Of a stretch of DNA of 64,000 bases, positions 48,519-58,399 are shown piece by piece. The notes beneath the pieces are model-generated. The model was not told the origin of the DNA, made no database searches, and saw nothing but the letters and a program-made list of their open reading frames with translations. Numbering within the stretch: position 1 is the first letter of the stretch; each line of letters begins with the position of its first letter. This stretch comes from a bacterium (GTDB taxonomy: Bacteria; Patescibacteriota; Dojkabacteria; JAKAPS01; JAJZLI01): the NCBI GenBank assembly GCA_021785355.1, contig JAJYFR010000001.1, positions 1,003-65,002 on the forward strand. Reading direction: 5' to 3'. A program made the translations under genes and the position numbers.

Positions 48519-49244
48519 ATGTCATATATTTTTTTAGCAGGATCAGGAGAATTTACATCTACAATGAATAGAGTAGATTTAAAACTGCTTTCATTAATTA
48601 AAAATCCTGACATTTTGATTATTCCTACAGCTGCAGGTAAAGAGAAAAAATATCGTCATTGGATAGATGAAGGTATTCTGCATTTTAAAAATTTAGGATT
48701 TGAAGCTCAAGGGATAGATTTAATAGAGCATAAAGATGCTTTCAGAGAAGATTATGTATCTATATTAGATAAATCTAATTTTGTATACTTCTCAGGTGGA
48801 GATCCTATGTATCTTCTCTCTTCATTACAAAATACCCCATTCTTGGCAAAATTAAAAGAAAAAATAAAACAGGATAATTTTTTATTAGCAGGTTCTTCTG
48901 CAGGAGCAATGTTTATGGGTGAATTAATACCTTTTAATGTAATGGAGAGCTTATTTGGTTTTAATAAAGGAAAACTTTCATGGAAAAAAGCCTTATCAAT
49001 TGTAGATTTTGTAGTAATACCTCATTTTAATAAGTTTTCTAAAATGTTGAATTTTAAATATCTAAAGGATAAATTTTTTAAGAGTTTTCCTGAAAATAGT
49101 TTGATTATTGGAATAGATGAAGATACAGGAATTTTATCTCAAGATAGAAAAACTTTTGAAGTCTTGGGAGATAACAGTGTAACTTTATTCAAAAGAGGTG
49201 ATGAAGATAAAATCTATCTAAATTCTGAAAAGTTTATTATATAG
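48519..49244 (+). CDS. Peptidase S51 family (dipeptidase E/cyanophycinase-like, class I glutamine-amidotransferase-like fold)
   Basis: 241 aa. YFSGGDP and LLAGSSAGAMF (GxSAG serine nucleophile) match S51 signatures. Confidence 0.65.
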   Translation: MSYIFLAGSGEFTSTMNRVDLKLLSLIKNPDILIIPTAAGKEKKYRHWIDEGILHFKNLGFEAQGIDLIEHKDAFREDYVSILDKSNFVYFSGGDPMYLLSSLQNTPFLAKLKEKIKQDNFLLAGSSAGAMFMGELIPFNVMESLFGFNKGKLSWKKALSIVDFVVIPHFNKFSKMLNFKYLKDKFFKSFPENSLIIGIDEDTGILSQDRKTFEVLGDNSVTLFKRGDEDKIYLNSEKFII

Positions 49245-49246
49245 AA

Positions 49247-51211
49247 ATGAAAAAAAGTTTTTTAATATATACTCTTTCTATTATACTTTTCTATATATTA
49301 ATTTTTATATATCCTAAAACTTTCTTTATATATATATTTCTATTTATAATCTTATATACAAATATACACCACAAAGAAGGAAATTTTATATCTAAATTCA
49401 AAGGTATATTTATAGACTATATTAAAAGTATTAAAAGGACGTATTTACTAAATTTAATCCCAGTTCTTCTTTTTATTTCTTATTCCTTTTATGATGTATA
49501 TCTTTATCTCATATCTTTAATAATTCTTGCTATATATATTTTTCTATTCTTTAAATCATTTATCATTTTTAATAAAAAGTCTCTGTATTTAAGTTCTTCT
49601 AAAGAAATAAAAGAATTAGGAATGTTTGATATATACAAATATCTTCCTTCTTTACTTACTCTGCAATCATACGAAAATAAACAAAGTTGGATAATAAGCA
49701 TGTCTAATAAATATAAAGATAAACTTAAAAAGAGTCTATATATAAAATATCCAGATATTATTATAAAAGAAAGTAAGAAAAAAAATATTAAATTTAAATA
49801 TAAAAAATATTTTTTTATACATGAATCATATAATTATTATCAAGATATAATAAACTATTTTAAAAATTTTGAAGATATAGAATTTTCTTTTTATATAGCT
49901 AACCCTTATAACTTTAAAGATAAATCTTTTGTTATATTAATTGTAAAATCAAATTCGAAAAAAGATATTTTGCTTTTAAAAACACATTTTAAGAAAAAAG
50001 ACTCAAATTTTTTTATTTCAAATAAAAATATAGATAATATATTTAAAATAAGTAATAGTAAAGATAATATAAACAGTATAAATGAGAATAATTTTAATAT
50101 AAAACCTTCTTCTATTTTTTTTAAAAAAGATATTAATTTAGGCTTTTATAATAATAAAAAAGTATATATACCAAAAAAATATTTTAATAATCATTCATAT
50201 ATCATTGGAAAAACAGGGGTAGGTAAAAGTTCTTTTATGAAAAATTTAATCATAGAAAATATAAAGTTAGATGAAGCTGTAGTACTTATAGATCCTCATA
50301 ATCTTGCAGAAAAAGTTTTTAATTCTATATCTTCTCTAAAAAAGAAAGTTGTATATATAGATTTTATAAAAAATAAATACTCTATAAATCTTTTAGATGT
50401 TAATAAAAATGAAAATATTTTTTTAAAAGTTGACCTTATTATCTCTCTCTTTAAAGATTTATATAAAGATTTTTGGGGACCTCAAACAGAAGATATATTA
50501 AGAAGAAGTCTTTTAGCTTTAATGTATTCTAATTCTAATAAAAATATACTAGATATAGAAGAATTTTTAACAGACGATCATTTCAGATTAAAATTATTAC
50601 AATCAGTTGATGATAAAGATACTCTGGATTATTTTCATAATGTATTTGCAAGATGGGATAATCGTTCTAGAACAGAAAGAATTTCTCCTATACTGAATAA
50701 AATAGGAAGATTGAAATCAGATAAAATAGTGTCAGATTTCATATCAGGTAACACTTCCTTTGATCTATCAGAAGAGATCGATAATAAAAGTATTATAATA
50801 TTTTCATTAAATAAAAGATTAATAGGGGAGGATAATTCCAAATTTTTAGGATCTTTAATATTAAATCAAATAAGATATGATTTATTTAAAAATGAAAAAA
50901 GTAGGGTACACATATATATAGATGAATTTCAAAATTTCTTATCAGATTCCTTTCTATTTCTTTTATCTGAAGGTAGGAAGTTTGGTATATCTCTTACTTT
51001 ATCAAATCAGTACCTGGAGCAAATAGAAAAAAAACATTATGATAATATAATAGAAAATACTTCTAATTTTTATATTTTTAACACAGGAGCCTTCACAAGG
51101 AAGATTTTATCTGTTGTCTTGGGGTATGATATTCCTTCTGATATGAAAGAGTTTTTGGTTTTAGCTAAAATTGGGAACAATAACTTGTTTACGTTCAATT
51201 ATAAAGTATGA
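49247..51211 (+). CDS. Membrane-anchored FtsK/HerA/VirD4-like P-loop ATPase (coupling-protein-like)
   Basis: 654 aa with about 4 N-terminal TM helices. Walker A is IIGKTGVGKSS, Walker B is HIYIDEFQNF, and EGRKFGISLTLSNQ is the arginine-finger/Q region typical of HerA/VirB4/VirD4 ATPases. Confidence 0.65.
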   Translation: MKKSFLIYTLSIILFYILIFIYPKTFFIYIFLFIILYTNIHHKEGNFISKFKGIFIDYIKSIKRTYLLNLIPVLLFISYSFYDVYLYLISLIILAIYIFLFFKSFIIFNKKSLYLSSSKEIKELGMFDIYKYLPSLLTLQSYENKQSWIISMSNKYKDKLKKSLYIKYPDIIIKESKKKNIKFKYKKYFFIHESYNYYQDIINYFKNFEDIEFSFYIANPYNFKDKSFVILIVKSNSKKDILLLKTHFKKKDSNFFISNKNIDNIFKISNSKDNINSINENNFNIKPSSIFFKKDINLGFYNNKKVYIPKKYFNNHSYIIGKTGVGKSSFMKNLIIENIKLDEAVVLIDPHNLAEKVFNSISSLKKKVVYIDFIKNKYSINLLDVNKNENIFLKVDLIISLFKDLYKDFWGPQTEDILRRSLLALMYSNSNKNILDIEEFLTDDHFRLKLLQSVDDKDTLDYFHNVFARWDNRSRTERISPILNKIGRLKSDKIVSDFISGNTSFDLSEEIDNKSIIIFSLNKRLIGEDNSKFLGSLILNQIRYDLFKNEKSRVHIYIDEFQNFLSDSFLFLLSEGRKFGISLTLSNQYLEQIEKKHYDNIIENTSNFYIFNTGAFTRKILSVVLGYDIPSDMKEFLVLAKIGNNNLFTFNYKV

Positions 51212-51663
51212 GAAAAACAAAAAAAATTAAATATAACGTTTTACTGGTTTCTTTGATGGATTTTAGGAAAGAAACTCAATCTACTAAAAACTATTTGAAT
51301 TCAGTTGGGTATAGCGCTGAATATATATTGACAGAAGAAAACCCTAAGAGTAAAGAAAATATTTTAGGTTATGATGAAATAGAATACTCAAGTAATATAT
51401 TCAATAAAGGTTACCTGAAAGATGAATTTAATCTTATTCAAAGATCAAATGCTTTGATAATTTTAAATTATGATTTGGGATTAAAAAAGGCTTATGTATC
51501 GGATGAAATACGTTTTTGTTTGAAGTTAGGGTATATATTAGATAAAAGATTGTTTGTTTTGAATAATCTGGATATAAATGGAGTGAAGAGTAAGAAAAGT
51601 TCTTTGATAAAGCCTATATACCTTAGAGGAGATATTTATAATATTGAAAATTATCTTTATTAA
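51208..51663 (+). CDS. Hypothetical protein
   Basis: 151 aa. It overlaps the upstream ATPase gene by 4 nt (ATGA), suggesting an operon. Confidence 0.45.
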   Translation: MRKTKKIKYNVLLVSLMDFRKETQSTKNYLNSVGYSAEYILTEENPKSKENILGYDEIEYSSNIFNKGYLKDEFNLIQRSNALIILNYDLGLKKAYVSDEIRFCLKLGYILDKRLFVLNNLDINGVKSKKSSLIKPIYLRGDIYNIENYLY

Positions 51664-51668
51664 ATGAA

Positions 51669-52388
51669 ATGGAAAATATTTTAATAAGTTTTGATCTTTT
51701 GATTATTAATTTTTTATATGAGCATCCTTTTTTGTCTTTTTCTCAGATAAATTTATTTATTCTAGATAAAGATTCTCTTTTAAAAAAAAGATTAGATGTT
51801 CTTTGCGAGTATAAATATATATCATTTTTAAAAACAAATAATTTATCTAATGTTAAGTATTATTATTTACTCTCAAAAGCTTTAAAAGTCATAAAGAAAA
51901 AGAATTTATTGAGAAATAGTGAGAGAAATTCATTATTTCTGATGCATAATATTGAATCTAATGAATTTTTCATAAATTTAAAAAAAGTATCATTAAATCA
52001 TAATTTAGAATTTTCTGATTGGATTTCTGATCGTATGATATTTACTAAATTTAATTATAACGGACATTTATATACTCTAACCCCTGATGGTTTCTGTATA
52101 TTTAATAAAAGTAATATATACCTAGAATTAGATAGAGGTACAGAGGGGTATATGAAAATTTTCAAGAAAATTGACCTTTATTCTGACTTTTATTTGTCAT
52201 TTGAGTATAAAAAATATTTTGAAGAGTATCCTAAGGTAATATTTATATTTTTAGACCCTAAAAGAGCTTCTTTAGTATCAAATAGAGTATCAAAATATTT
52301 AGATATTAATAAATATAAAGAAGAGTTGGATTTTTTTTACTTTTATTCAAAAGAAGATTTTTTTAAGAATAGAATTAATATGCTATAA
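51669..52388 (+). CDS. Hypothetical protein with an N-terminal winged-HTH-like region (replication-relaxation-like)
   Basis: 239 aa. The N-terminal LLIINFLYEHPFLSFSQINLFI...RLDVLCEYKYISF resembles the wHTH of Replic_Relax family proteins. This is inference only. Confidence 0.4.
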   Translation: MENILISFDLLIINFLYEHPFLSFSQINLFILDKDSLLKKRLDVLCEYKYISFLKTNNLSNVKYYYLLSKALKVIKKKNLLRNSERNSLFLMHNIESNEFFINLKKVSLNHNLEFSDWISDRMIFTKFNYNGHLYTLTPDGFCIFNKSNIYLELDRGTEGYMKIFKKIDLYSDFYLSFEYKKYFEEYPKVIFIFLDPKRASLVSNRVSKYLDINKYKEELDFFYFYSKEDFFKNRINML

Positions 52389-52395
52389 TAAATTT

Positions 52396-53163
52396 ATGAA
52401 AAATTATGTTTTAATTACTGGTGCAACAAGTGGAATAGGGTACGAATGGATGCTTCTATTTGCTAAGAATAAAAAAAACTTACTCTTAGTATCTAGAAAT
52501 AGAAAAAAACTTCTAAGTATAAAAAAAGATTTAGAAAATAGATATAAAATATCTGTTTTAATCAAAGATGTAGATTTATCTCTGCCTCAATCAGCATTAG
52601 ATGTTATTAAATTTATCAAAGATAATAAAATAAGAATACATATACTAGTTAATAATGCAGGTTTTGGTCTAGGAGGTGAGTTTGAGATATCTGACATAAA
52701 AAGAGAAGAAGAGATGATAAATCTTAATATATTGAGTTTAACTAAACTTACTTATTATATTCTGCCTCAAATGAAATCTGGAGATAAAATTCTAAATCTA
52801 GCTTCAGTTGCAAGTTTCTTGCCAGGTCCATATATGAGTGTATATTTTGCTACTAAAGCTTATGTCTTATCTTTTTCAGAAGCTTTATATTTTGAACTAA
52901 GAAAGAAAGGTATTCAAGTTACAGCATTATGCCCAGGTTCTACAAAGACTGAATTTGCATCTGTTGCTAAACTTAAAAATGTTTCTGATTTTAATAATAG
53001 ATCTATGAGTGCAGAGAGTGTAGCTTTAATAGGGTATGAAGGATTGATGAAAGGGAAAAGAGTTGTAATTGCAGGTTTAACAAATAGAATTTCTGTTTTT
53101 ATATTAAAATTTATACCAAATTCATTAATTGGTAAGATTATCGAGAAAATAAATAATAATTGA
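52396..53163 (+). CDS. Short-chain dehydrogenase/reductase (SDR) family oxidoreductase
   Basis: 255 aa. TGATSGIG matches TGxxxGxG, and NNAG and the S...YxxxK element (SVASFLPGPYMSVYFATK) are present. Confidence 0.85.
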   Translation: MKNYVLITGATSGIGYEWMLLFAKNKKNLLLVSRNRKKLLSIKKDLENRYKISVLIKDVDLSLPQSALDVIKFIKDNKIRIHILVNNAGFGLGGEFEISDIKREEEMINLNILSLTKLTYYILPQMKSGDKILNLASVASFLPGPYMSVYFATKAYVLSFSEALYFELRKKGIQVTALCPGSTKTEFASVAKLKNVSDFNNRSMSAESVALIGYEGLMKGKRVVIAGLTNRISVFILKFIPNSLIGKIIEKINNN

Positions 53164-53289
53164 TAGTATTTTCTTACTTTTCTAATTACTCATTATTTTA
53201 ACATTTTTAATCACTTTGTTTATATATATTATTTTTTAGTCGGACAATTTAGAGTATCTTTAATAATTATATATATTTTTAAAATATTA

Positions 53290-53751
53290 CTAATCTAACA
53301 AGAATCTCTTTCTGTATAGAATTTCTACAAATTGAGCTGGATTTATTATCTTGGTATTAGCAACTATACCTAATTGTAAAATCTTTTTATCTCCAGTAAT
53401 TAAATATTCCGCATTTGCATCAACAACTGTAGATAAAATAAAGTTATCTTCCTGATTAGGAGCAAAACCGTATGTCATTATTAATTCTTGAGTTTTTATT
53501 TCTGTATGAATATTTTGAGGAATAGTATATTTTTGTACAAATTCTAAATAATTATCTATTGTTCCTGAATTTATTCTAGTAGTAAAATACTCTGTTTTAT
53601 ATAGTGTATTTCTAAGTTCTTCAAGAATTGGGTTAGAGATTATTACCTCAAAAAGATCTAATGACCATGCCTCCATAATTTTATAAAGATTACTATTTTT
53701 CTTTGCAATAACAATGGATACAAGTATATTCGTATCAAATACTATTCTCAC
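53290..53751 (-). CDS. PIN-domain toxin (PIN_3/TIGR00305-like)
   Basis: 153 aa. RIVFDTNILVS and EYLITGDKKIL. It is paralogous to 9490..9915, and its start overlaps the stop of the upstream partner gene. Confidence 0.7.
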   Translation of the reverse strand: MRIVFDTNILVSIVIAKKNSNLYKIMEAWSLDLFEVIISNPILEELRNTLYKTEYFTTRINSGTIDNYLEFVQKYTIPQNIHTEIKTQELIMTYGFAPNQEDNFILSTVVDANAEYLITGDKKILQLGIVANTKIINPAQFVEILYRKRFLLD

Positions 53752-54107
53752 TATGAAGCTTTTCTAATTTTATTTATAGCTTTCAATGAATTTTTTAAAA
53801 TACTTTCTTCAGATTCATCTTGAAAACTTTTTCCCATATCATTCATTATTGTGATAAATTCATCTCTTCTTTGATCAAGTTTCTTTAGCCTTGCAAGGTC
53901 AAATGGGCTTATTATCGCACCCATTACTATTCCACTTTTCTCTACAATAGTTCTTTCTTCTTGATTTTTATAAACATTATTGAATAATTGGCTTATTTTT
54001 TGTCTTGCCTGAGAAATATTAATTCTTTTATTTTGTTTAGATTCCTGCATATTTGTACTAACTTGTAATATTATGTACATAATATTACAATCTTTGCAAT
54101 AAATCAA
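53751..54107 (-). CDS. Putative cognate antitoxin (unclassified)
   Basis: 118 aa. The 1-nt overlap with the PIN gene is typical of TA operons. Confidence 0.4.
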   Translation of the reverse strand: MIYCKDCNIMYIILQVSTNMQESKQNKRINISQARQKISQLFNNVYKNQEERTIVEKSGIVMGAIISPFDLARLKKLDQRRDEFITIMNDMGKSFQDESEESILKNSLKAINKIRKAS

Positions 54108-54275
54108 TAGCTTGTATGTATCATATACAAATAATTGAAATATACTGTTTTTTTTTGTATACTCTTACTCTATGGCAAGAAGAAAAAATTTAAGAACAAA
54201 AGAAAAACTAAAAGCAAAGATTCAAAGAATTCAGATAAGAGAGAGAAGAAAAGTTGCTTTGCAAAAAAAAGAATC

Positions 54276-54962
54276 TCAAGGAGTATAATCCAGTATATTT
54301 AATATATCACTAATTTTTTGTATTTGTATATAATTTGATTTTACTTTATTTTTTGAGAAAAGTATTAAATTATCTATTCCTTCTTTTCTTGCTCCTTCAA
54401 GGTTTATTTCTTTATCGTCTATATAAAGAATGTGCTCAGGTTTTTCAGAAGATTTTTCTATCGCATATTGATATATGTCAGGATTTGGTTTTCTACTTCC
54501 GACCTCTTTGGATAGTATTATAACCTCAAAATATTTATATAGATCATATATTTTTAATTCATGCTCTCTTCTTGAAGATCCTGCATTACTAAGTACTCCT
54601 AACCTATATTTGGCAGATAATTTTTTTATTATATTAATATCTTCTTTATTAGCAATATAGTCTCTTTTCAATTCATATCTGATAATTTGATTTAAATCTT
54701 CTTCGTTATATGTTAAACCTAATTTTTTGAGAAATAATGTATAAATTTTTCTAAAAAATTCTTCCTCTTCTTTTATATTTCTATATTGCCATAAATATCT
54801 GTTATCTTTCCTTATATTATCTATTACCTTTCTATATAAACTAATATCTATGTTTAAATATTCTGATATATATTCTGAGGATGTTTTTTTAAGATGTAAT
54901 AATACATCTCCTACATCAAAATATATAAACTTAATTTCATCTTTATTTATATTATTCCCCAT
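54276..54962 (-). CDS. HAD-superfamily hydrolase (subfamily IA-like phosphatase)
   Basis: 228 aa. Motif I is IYFDVGDVLL (DxD), motif II is VLSNAGS, the motif III Lys is in SRKPNPDIY, and motif IV is YIDDKEIN. Confidence 0.75.
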   Translation of the reverse strand: MGNNINKDEIKFIYFDVGDVLLHLKKTSSEYISEYLNIDISLYRKVIDNIRKDNRYLWQYRNIKEEEEFFRKIYTLFLKKLGLTYNEEDLNQIIRYELKRDYIANKEDINIIKKLSAKYRLGVLSNAGSSRREHELKIYDLYKYFEVIILSKEVGSRKPNPDIYQYAIEKSSEKPEHILYIDDKEINLEGARKEGIDNLILFSKNKVKSNYIQIQKISDILNILDYTP

Positions 54963-55699
54963 TTTAATAAATACTGTAAATAACCTTTATAAAGAAGAAT
55001 TCTTCTTTTCATACCTAATTTTTTACTACTTTGTCCATATAAATGTATTATTTGTGCATCTTTTAAAAAATATATTTTTTTATTATTAATATACATTTTT
55101 CTAAAAAAATCTACATCATTAAAGTAGAGAGGAAATTGTTCATCAAATAAACCATATTTTTCTATAATATCCCTTCTTATCATAATAGCTGTAGCTTGAG
55201 GTTGTACTATATTTCTAGACTCATTATGATCCCAGTAACTTAATTTATATTCACCAAAGAATTTAGATTTATGATTGATATCAAAAAAACTTTTAATAAC
55301 ATTTGGTAGAGTAGGGAAATTTCTACATGAGGGTTGTATACTCAAGTCCTTATTTAGTAATTGAGGTGCTACTATAGAATATTCAGAGTTGTTATCTAAA
55401 AAATCTAACAATTTTTCTATAGCTCCATTTCTTATTATTGTATCTGAACCTAAAAGTAATATATATTTTCCTTTTGATACAGAAAATGCTTCATTGTTGG
55501 CTCTAGCAAAGTATAAATTTTGCTTGTTTTTGATTATTCGTATATTAGGGTTTAATTTTTTCAAATCTTCAATACTTTCAGAAGAACCATTATCTACTAA
55601 GATGATTTCATATTTTATATCATTTAATTTTATACTTTCTATACAATGTTTTGTTAGATCTTTTGTATTCCAATTAATAATGATTATACTAAGTTTCAT
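54947..55699 (-). CDS. Glycosyltransferase family 2
   Basis: 250 aa. KLSIIIINWN and VDNGSSE. Confidence 0.75.
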   Translation of the reverse strand: MKLSIIIINWNTKDLTKHCIESIKLNDIKYEIILVDNGSSESIEDLKKLNPNIRIIKNKQNLYFARANNEAFSVSKGKYILLLGSDTIIRNGAIEKLLDFLDNNSEYSIVAPQLLNKDLSIQPSCRNFPTLPNVIKSFFDINHKSKFFGEYKLSYWDHNESRNIVQPQATAIMIRRDIIEKYGLFDEQFPLYFNDVDFFRKMYINNKKIYFLKDAQIIHLYGQSSKKLGMKRRILLYKGYLQYLLKWGII

Positions 55700-56406
55700 A
55701 GTTCTCTATATTTATTTTTAATACTATTAATTTTTGTAAAATACTCCAATATATCTTTGATTTTCAATTTAGAACTACCTTTTGATCGATCTTGAAAATC
55801 TATAGGTATCTCTTTTATAGATAAATGTTTTTTATAAAAGTAGTAGAGAAGTTCAACTTGAAATAAATAACCATTAGATTTTATCTTATCTATGTCTTTG
55901 AGATTGAACTTTGAAACTTTTATTATTTTAAAGCCAGAAGTGCAATCTTTATATGGAATTTTTAATACTAACTTTGTGAAAGAATTTCCAAATTTAGAAA
56001 TTAATTTTCTTATATGTCCCCAATTTTTGGGTATACTTCCTCCTTTAATATATCTTGAGGCAATAACAATGTCATATTTATCCGATTCTTTAATTAATGT
56101 TTTTAAATACTTAGGATTGTGAGATAAATCAGCATCCATTTGAATAATATACTTTGGTTTTAGATTCTTTACAGCATACGCAAAACCTCTTTTATATGCT
56201 ATTCCTAAACCTTTTTTTGTTCCTTTTAGTAAATAAATATTTGAATATTTTTTTTCTAATGTTTCTATATAGTCTCCTGTTTTATCAGGAGAATTATCAT
56301 CAACAAAAAGTATAGAAATGTCAGGAATCTGTCTAAATATAGATTTTATTAATTTATCAATATTTAATCTCTCATTATATGTTGGTATTATTATTAAATT
56401 TCTCAT
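55696..56406 (-). CDS. GT2 polyprenol-phosphate sugar synthase (DPM1-like, soluble form)
   Basis: The start is placed at MRNLIIIPTYNE (ATG on the minus strand at 56406); the ORF track starts 30 codons earlier at 56496. VDDNSPDKTGD and DADLSH match dolichol-phosphate-mannose-synthase-like signatures. Confidence 0.7.
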   Translation of the reverse strand: MRNLIIIPTYNERLNIDKLIKSIFRQIPDISILFVDDNSPDKTGDYIETLEKKYSNIYLLKGTKKGLGIAYKRGFAYAVKNLKPKYIIQMDADLSHNPKYLKTLIKESDKYDIVIASRYIKGGSIPKNWGHIRKLISKFGNSFTKLVLKIPYKDCTSGFKIIKVSKFNLKDIDKIKSNGYLFQVELLYYFYKKHLSIKEIPIDFQDRSKGSSKLKIKDILEYFTKINSIKNKYREL

Positions 56407-56480
56407 ATTTTCTTTATTTTTATAAAGTTTATATATTATATCATTTTTTTCCTTAATGAACTTTAATATTGAATATATTA

Positions 56481-58316
56481 ATGTTATACTTTTCAAAAAA
56501 TCTATTAATGACGATTAGAAATATATTTACAAGTTTTCAAAAGAATGGAGCTTCTTTCTTTGTAAAGAGACAGAACACTATTGTATCTGCTGCATTTGTA
56601 ATAATGAGCATTACTATTATTGCTAAAATTTTAGGTTTATTTAAACTTACATTATTGGCAAATTTTTTTGGACTTTCTCGTAATCTAGATATTTTTTATG
56701 CCGCAGACTCAATACCTCAAATATTCTTTAATATATTAATAATAGGGTCTTTTAATACTGCACTTATTCCAGTAATTGGAGAATTGATCTTTAAAAAGAA
56801 AACTAAGATGATGTGGAAAGTCTTCAACTCTTTTTTGAACATATTTGCACTAGTACTTTTAGGTATAGGTATCTTAGGTATAATCTTTGCAAGAGAGATT
56901 GCAATATTATTTATATATTTTTCTACTATATATAGATCTTCTAGTATTCCTAATTTTTCTTATAGCGATATATCATTATTGTCTTCATTAATGCAAATAT
57001 TATTTATATCCCCTATAATTTTAGGGGTATCATTTATATTTAGTTCCCTTCTACAAGTTTATAAAAGATTTTTAGTAACTCAGATAGCAACAATTCTTTA
57101 TAATGTTGGTTTTATAATAGGAATATTGTTTTTTTCACCTTTATTAGGAGTATATGGTCTTTGTTGGGGAATAGTATTGGGAAGTGTATTACATCTTTTA
57201 ATTCAATTTCCAGTTGCTAAATATCTAGGATTTAGCTATAAGAAAAGCATTTTAACTCTAAAAAATAAATATATGAAAGAGCTTTTAGTTCTTTCATTTC
57301 CAAGATTTATAGGACTTGCTTTCTCTCAATTAGCTTATTTTGTAGAAGCTTTTGTTGCCTTTGCTTTAGTGCCAGGATCTTTAACTGCATTTAATTGGGC
57401 TTCAAGTTTATATCTGTTTCCAGTCTCTATAGTAGGTTGGAGTTTTGCTCAAGCATCATTTCCTACACTTACAGAAGAATATTCTTTAAAGATGGTAAAA
57501 TCTTTTAAACAGACTTTATCCAAGACTATAAATCAGACATTATTTTTCATAATACCTATTTTTATATTAATTCTTATCCTTAGACTTCCTTTAGTAAGAC
57601 TAATACTAGGTCCTGGATCTAACAGTAAATTTGGATGGAATGATACTATTTTGACTTCTTGGATACTTATGTTCTTATCCCTATCTATAGTAGGGCAGTC
57701 TATACTTTCTATTCTTATTAGAGCTTTTTATGCTATTAAAGATACAAAGACTCCCGTAATAGTTGAAATCTCAACTTTTATCCTTAATATAATCCTTGCT
57801 TTATATTTCGTTAGAGTTTTTGGAAATTTTCCAGTAGTGTCTCCTACTATACAGAATCTTCTAAATATAAATAACTATATACATTTCAATAGCGCATTTA
57901 CTTGGAAGGCTATTGGAGGATTAGGGTTTGCTTCTTTTATTGCAGTAAGTCTGAATGTTATAGTTTTGATATATATACTTTCTAAAAAATTACAAGGATT
58001 TTCCTTTATGGAATTTTATCTTCCTATAATAAAGAAATTTATAAGTGGTATATCTATGTCTCTAGTTATGTATTTTGTATATAAAATTTTAGATGCAATT
58101 TTTAACACAACAAAGACTATAGATATAGTATTCTTATTTATAATAACTGCTTATATAGGAGTATCAGTGTATCTTCTTGTATCTTTTATATTAAATGATG
58201 AAGATTTAGATCTAATTACAAAAGGGGTTTATTCTTTCAGAGATTTTATATATGGAAAGAAAATAAAAGTACTTTCCGCTATTGATGATGACTCTCCTGT
58301 TAATCAAAATGACTAA
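56481..58316 (+). CDS. murJ: Lipid II flippase MurJ/MviN (MOP superfamily)
   Basis: About 14 TM helices and the conserved RAFYAIKDTKTPV motif. The start is ambiguous: TTG at 56469, ATG at 56481, or ATG at 56508 (MTIRNIFTSF). Confidence 0.65.
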   Translation: MLYFSKNLLMTIRNIFTSFQKNGASFFVKRQNTIVSAAFVIMSITIIAKILGLFKLTLLANFFGLSRNLDIFYAADSIPQIFFNILIIGSFNTALIPVIGELIFKKKTKMMWKVFNSFLNIFALVLLGIGILGIIFAREIAILFIYFSTIYRSSSIPNFSYSDISLLSSLMQILFISPIILGVSFIFSSLLQVYKRFLVTQIATILYNVGFIIGILFFSPLLGVYGLCWGIVLGSVLHLLIQFPVAKYLGFSYKKSILTLKNKYMKELLVLSFPRFIGLAFSQLAYFVEAFVAFALVPGSLTAFNWASSLYLFPVSIVGWSFAQASFPTLTEEYSLKMVKSFKQTLSKTINQTLFFIIPIFILILILRLPLVRLILGPGSNSKFGWNDTILTSWILMFLSLSIVGQSILSILIRAFYAIKDTKTPVIVEISTFILNIILALYFVRVFGNFPVVSPTIQNLLNINNYIHFNSAFTWKAIGGLGFASFIAVSLNVIVLIYILSKKLQGFSFMEFYLPIIKKFISGISMSLVMYFVYKILDAIFNTTKTIDIVFLFIITAYIGVSVYLLVSFILNDEDLDLITKGVYSFRDFIYGKKIKVLSAIDDDSPVNQND

Positions 58317-58345
58317 TTGACAATATATATTGACATCTGTTAATA
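58317..58345 (+). promoter_or_regulatory. Candidate groESL promoter TTGACA-17-TTAATA; no canonical CIRCE element seen
   Basis: There are two TTGACA hexamers, at 58317 and 58331. The first pairs with TTAATA at 58340..58345, about 55 nt upstream of the groES ATG. Confidence 0.3.
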
Positions 58346-58399
58346 TAGCTTTGGCAGACAAATAAGTTTTTTGCTAAATTTATATTAGTTAAGTTAAAT

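Noticed and set aside
54173-54289. 38-aa highly basic ORF (MARRKNLRTKEKLKAKIQRIQIRERRKVALQKKESQGV) in the intergenic region upstream of the PIN TA pair
   Set aside because: It matches no ribosomal protein or known small protein I can recall. It lies in an A-rich tract where Lys/Arg-rich ORFs arise by chance.
58340-58375. Possible CIRCE/HrcA operator upstream of groES (TTGGCA...TGCTAA)
   Set aside because: The inverted repeat is imperfect and the spacing is wrong for the TTAGCACTC-N9-GAGTGCTAA consensus (N15 between hexamers instead of ~N21). No HrcA gene is visible. Noted only as a weak palindrome.
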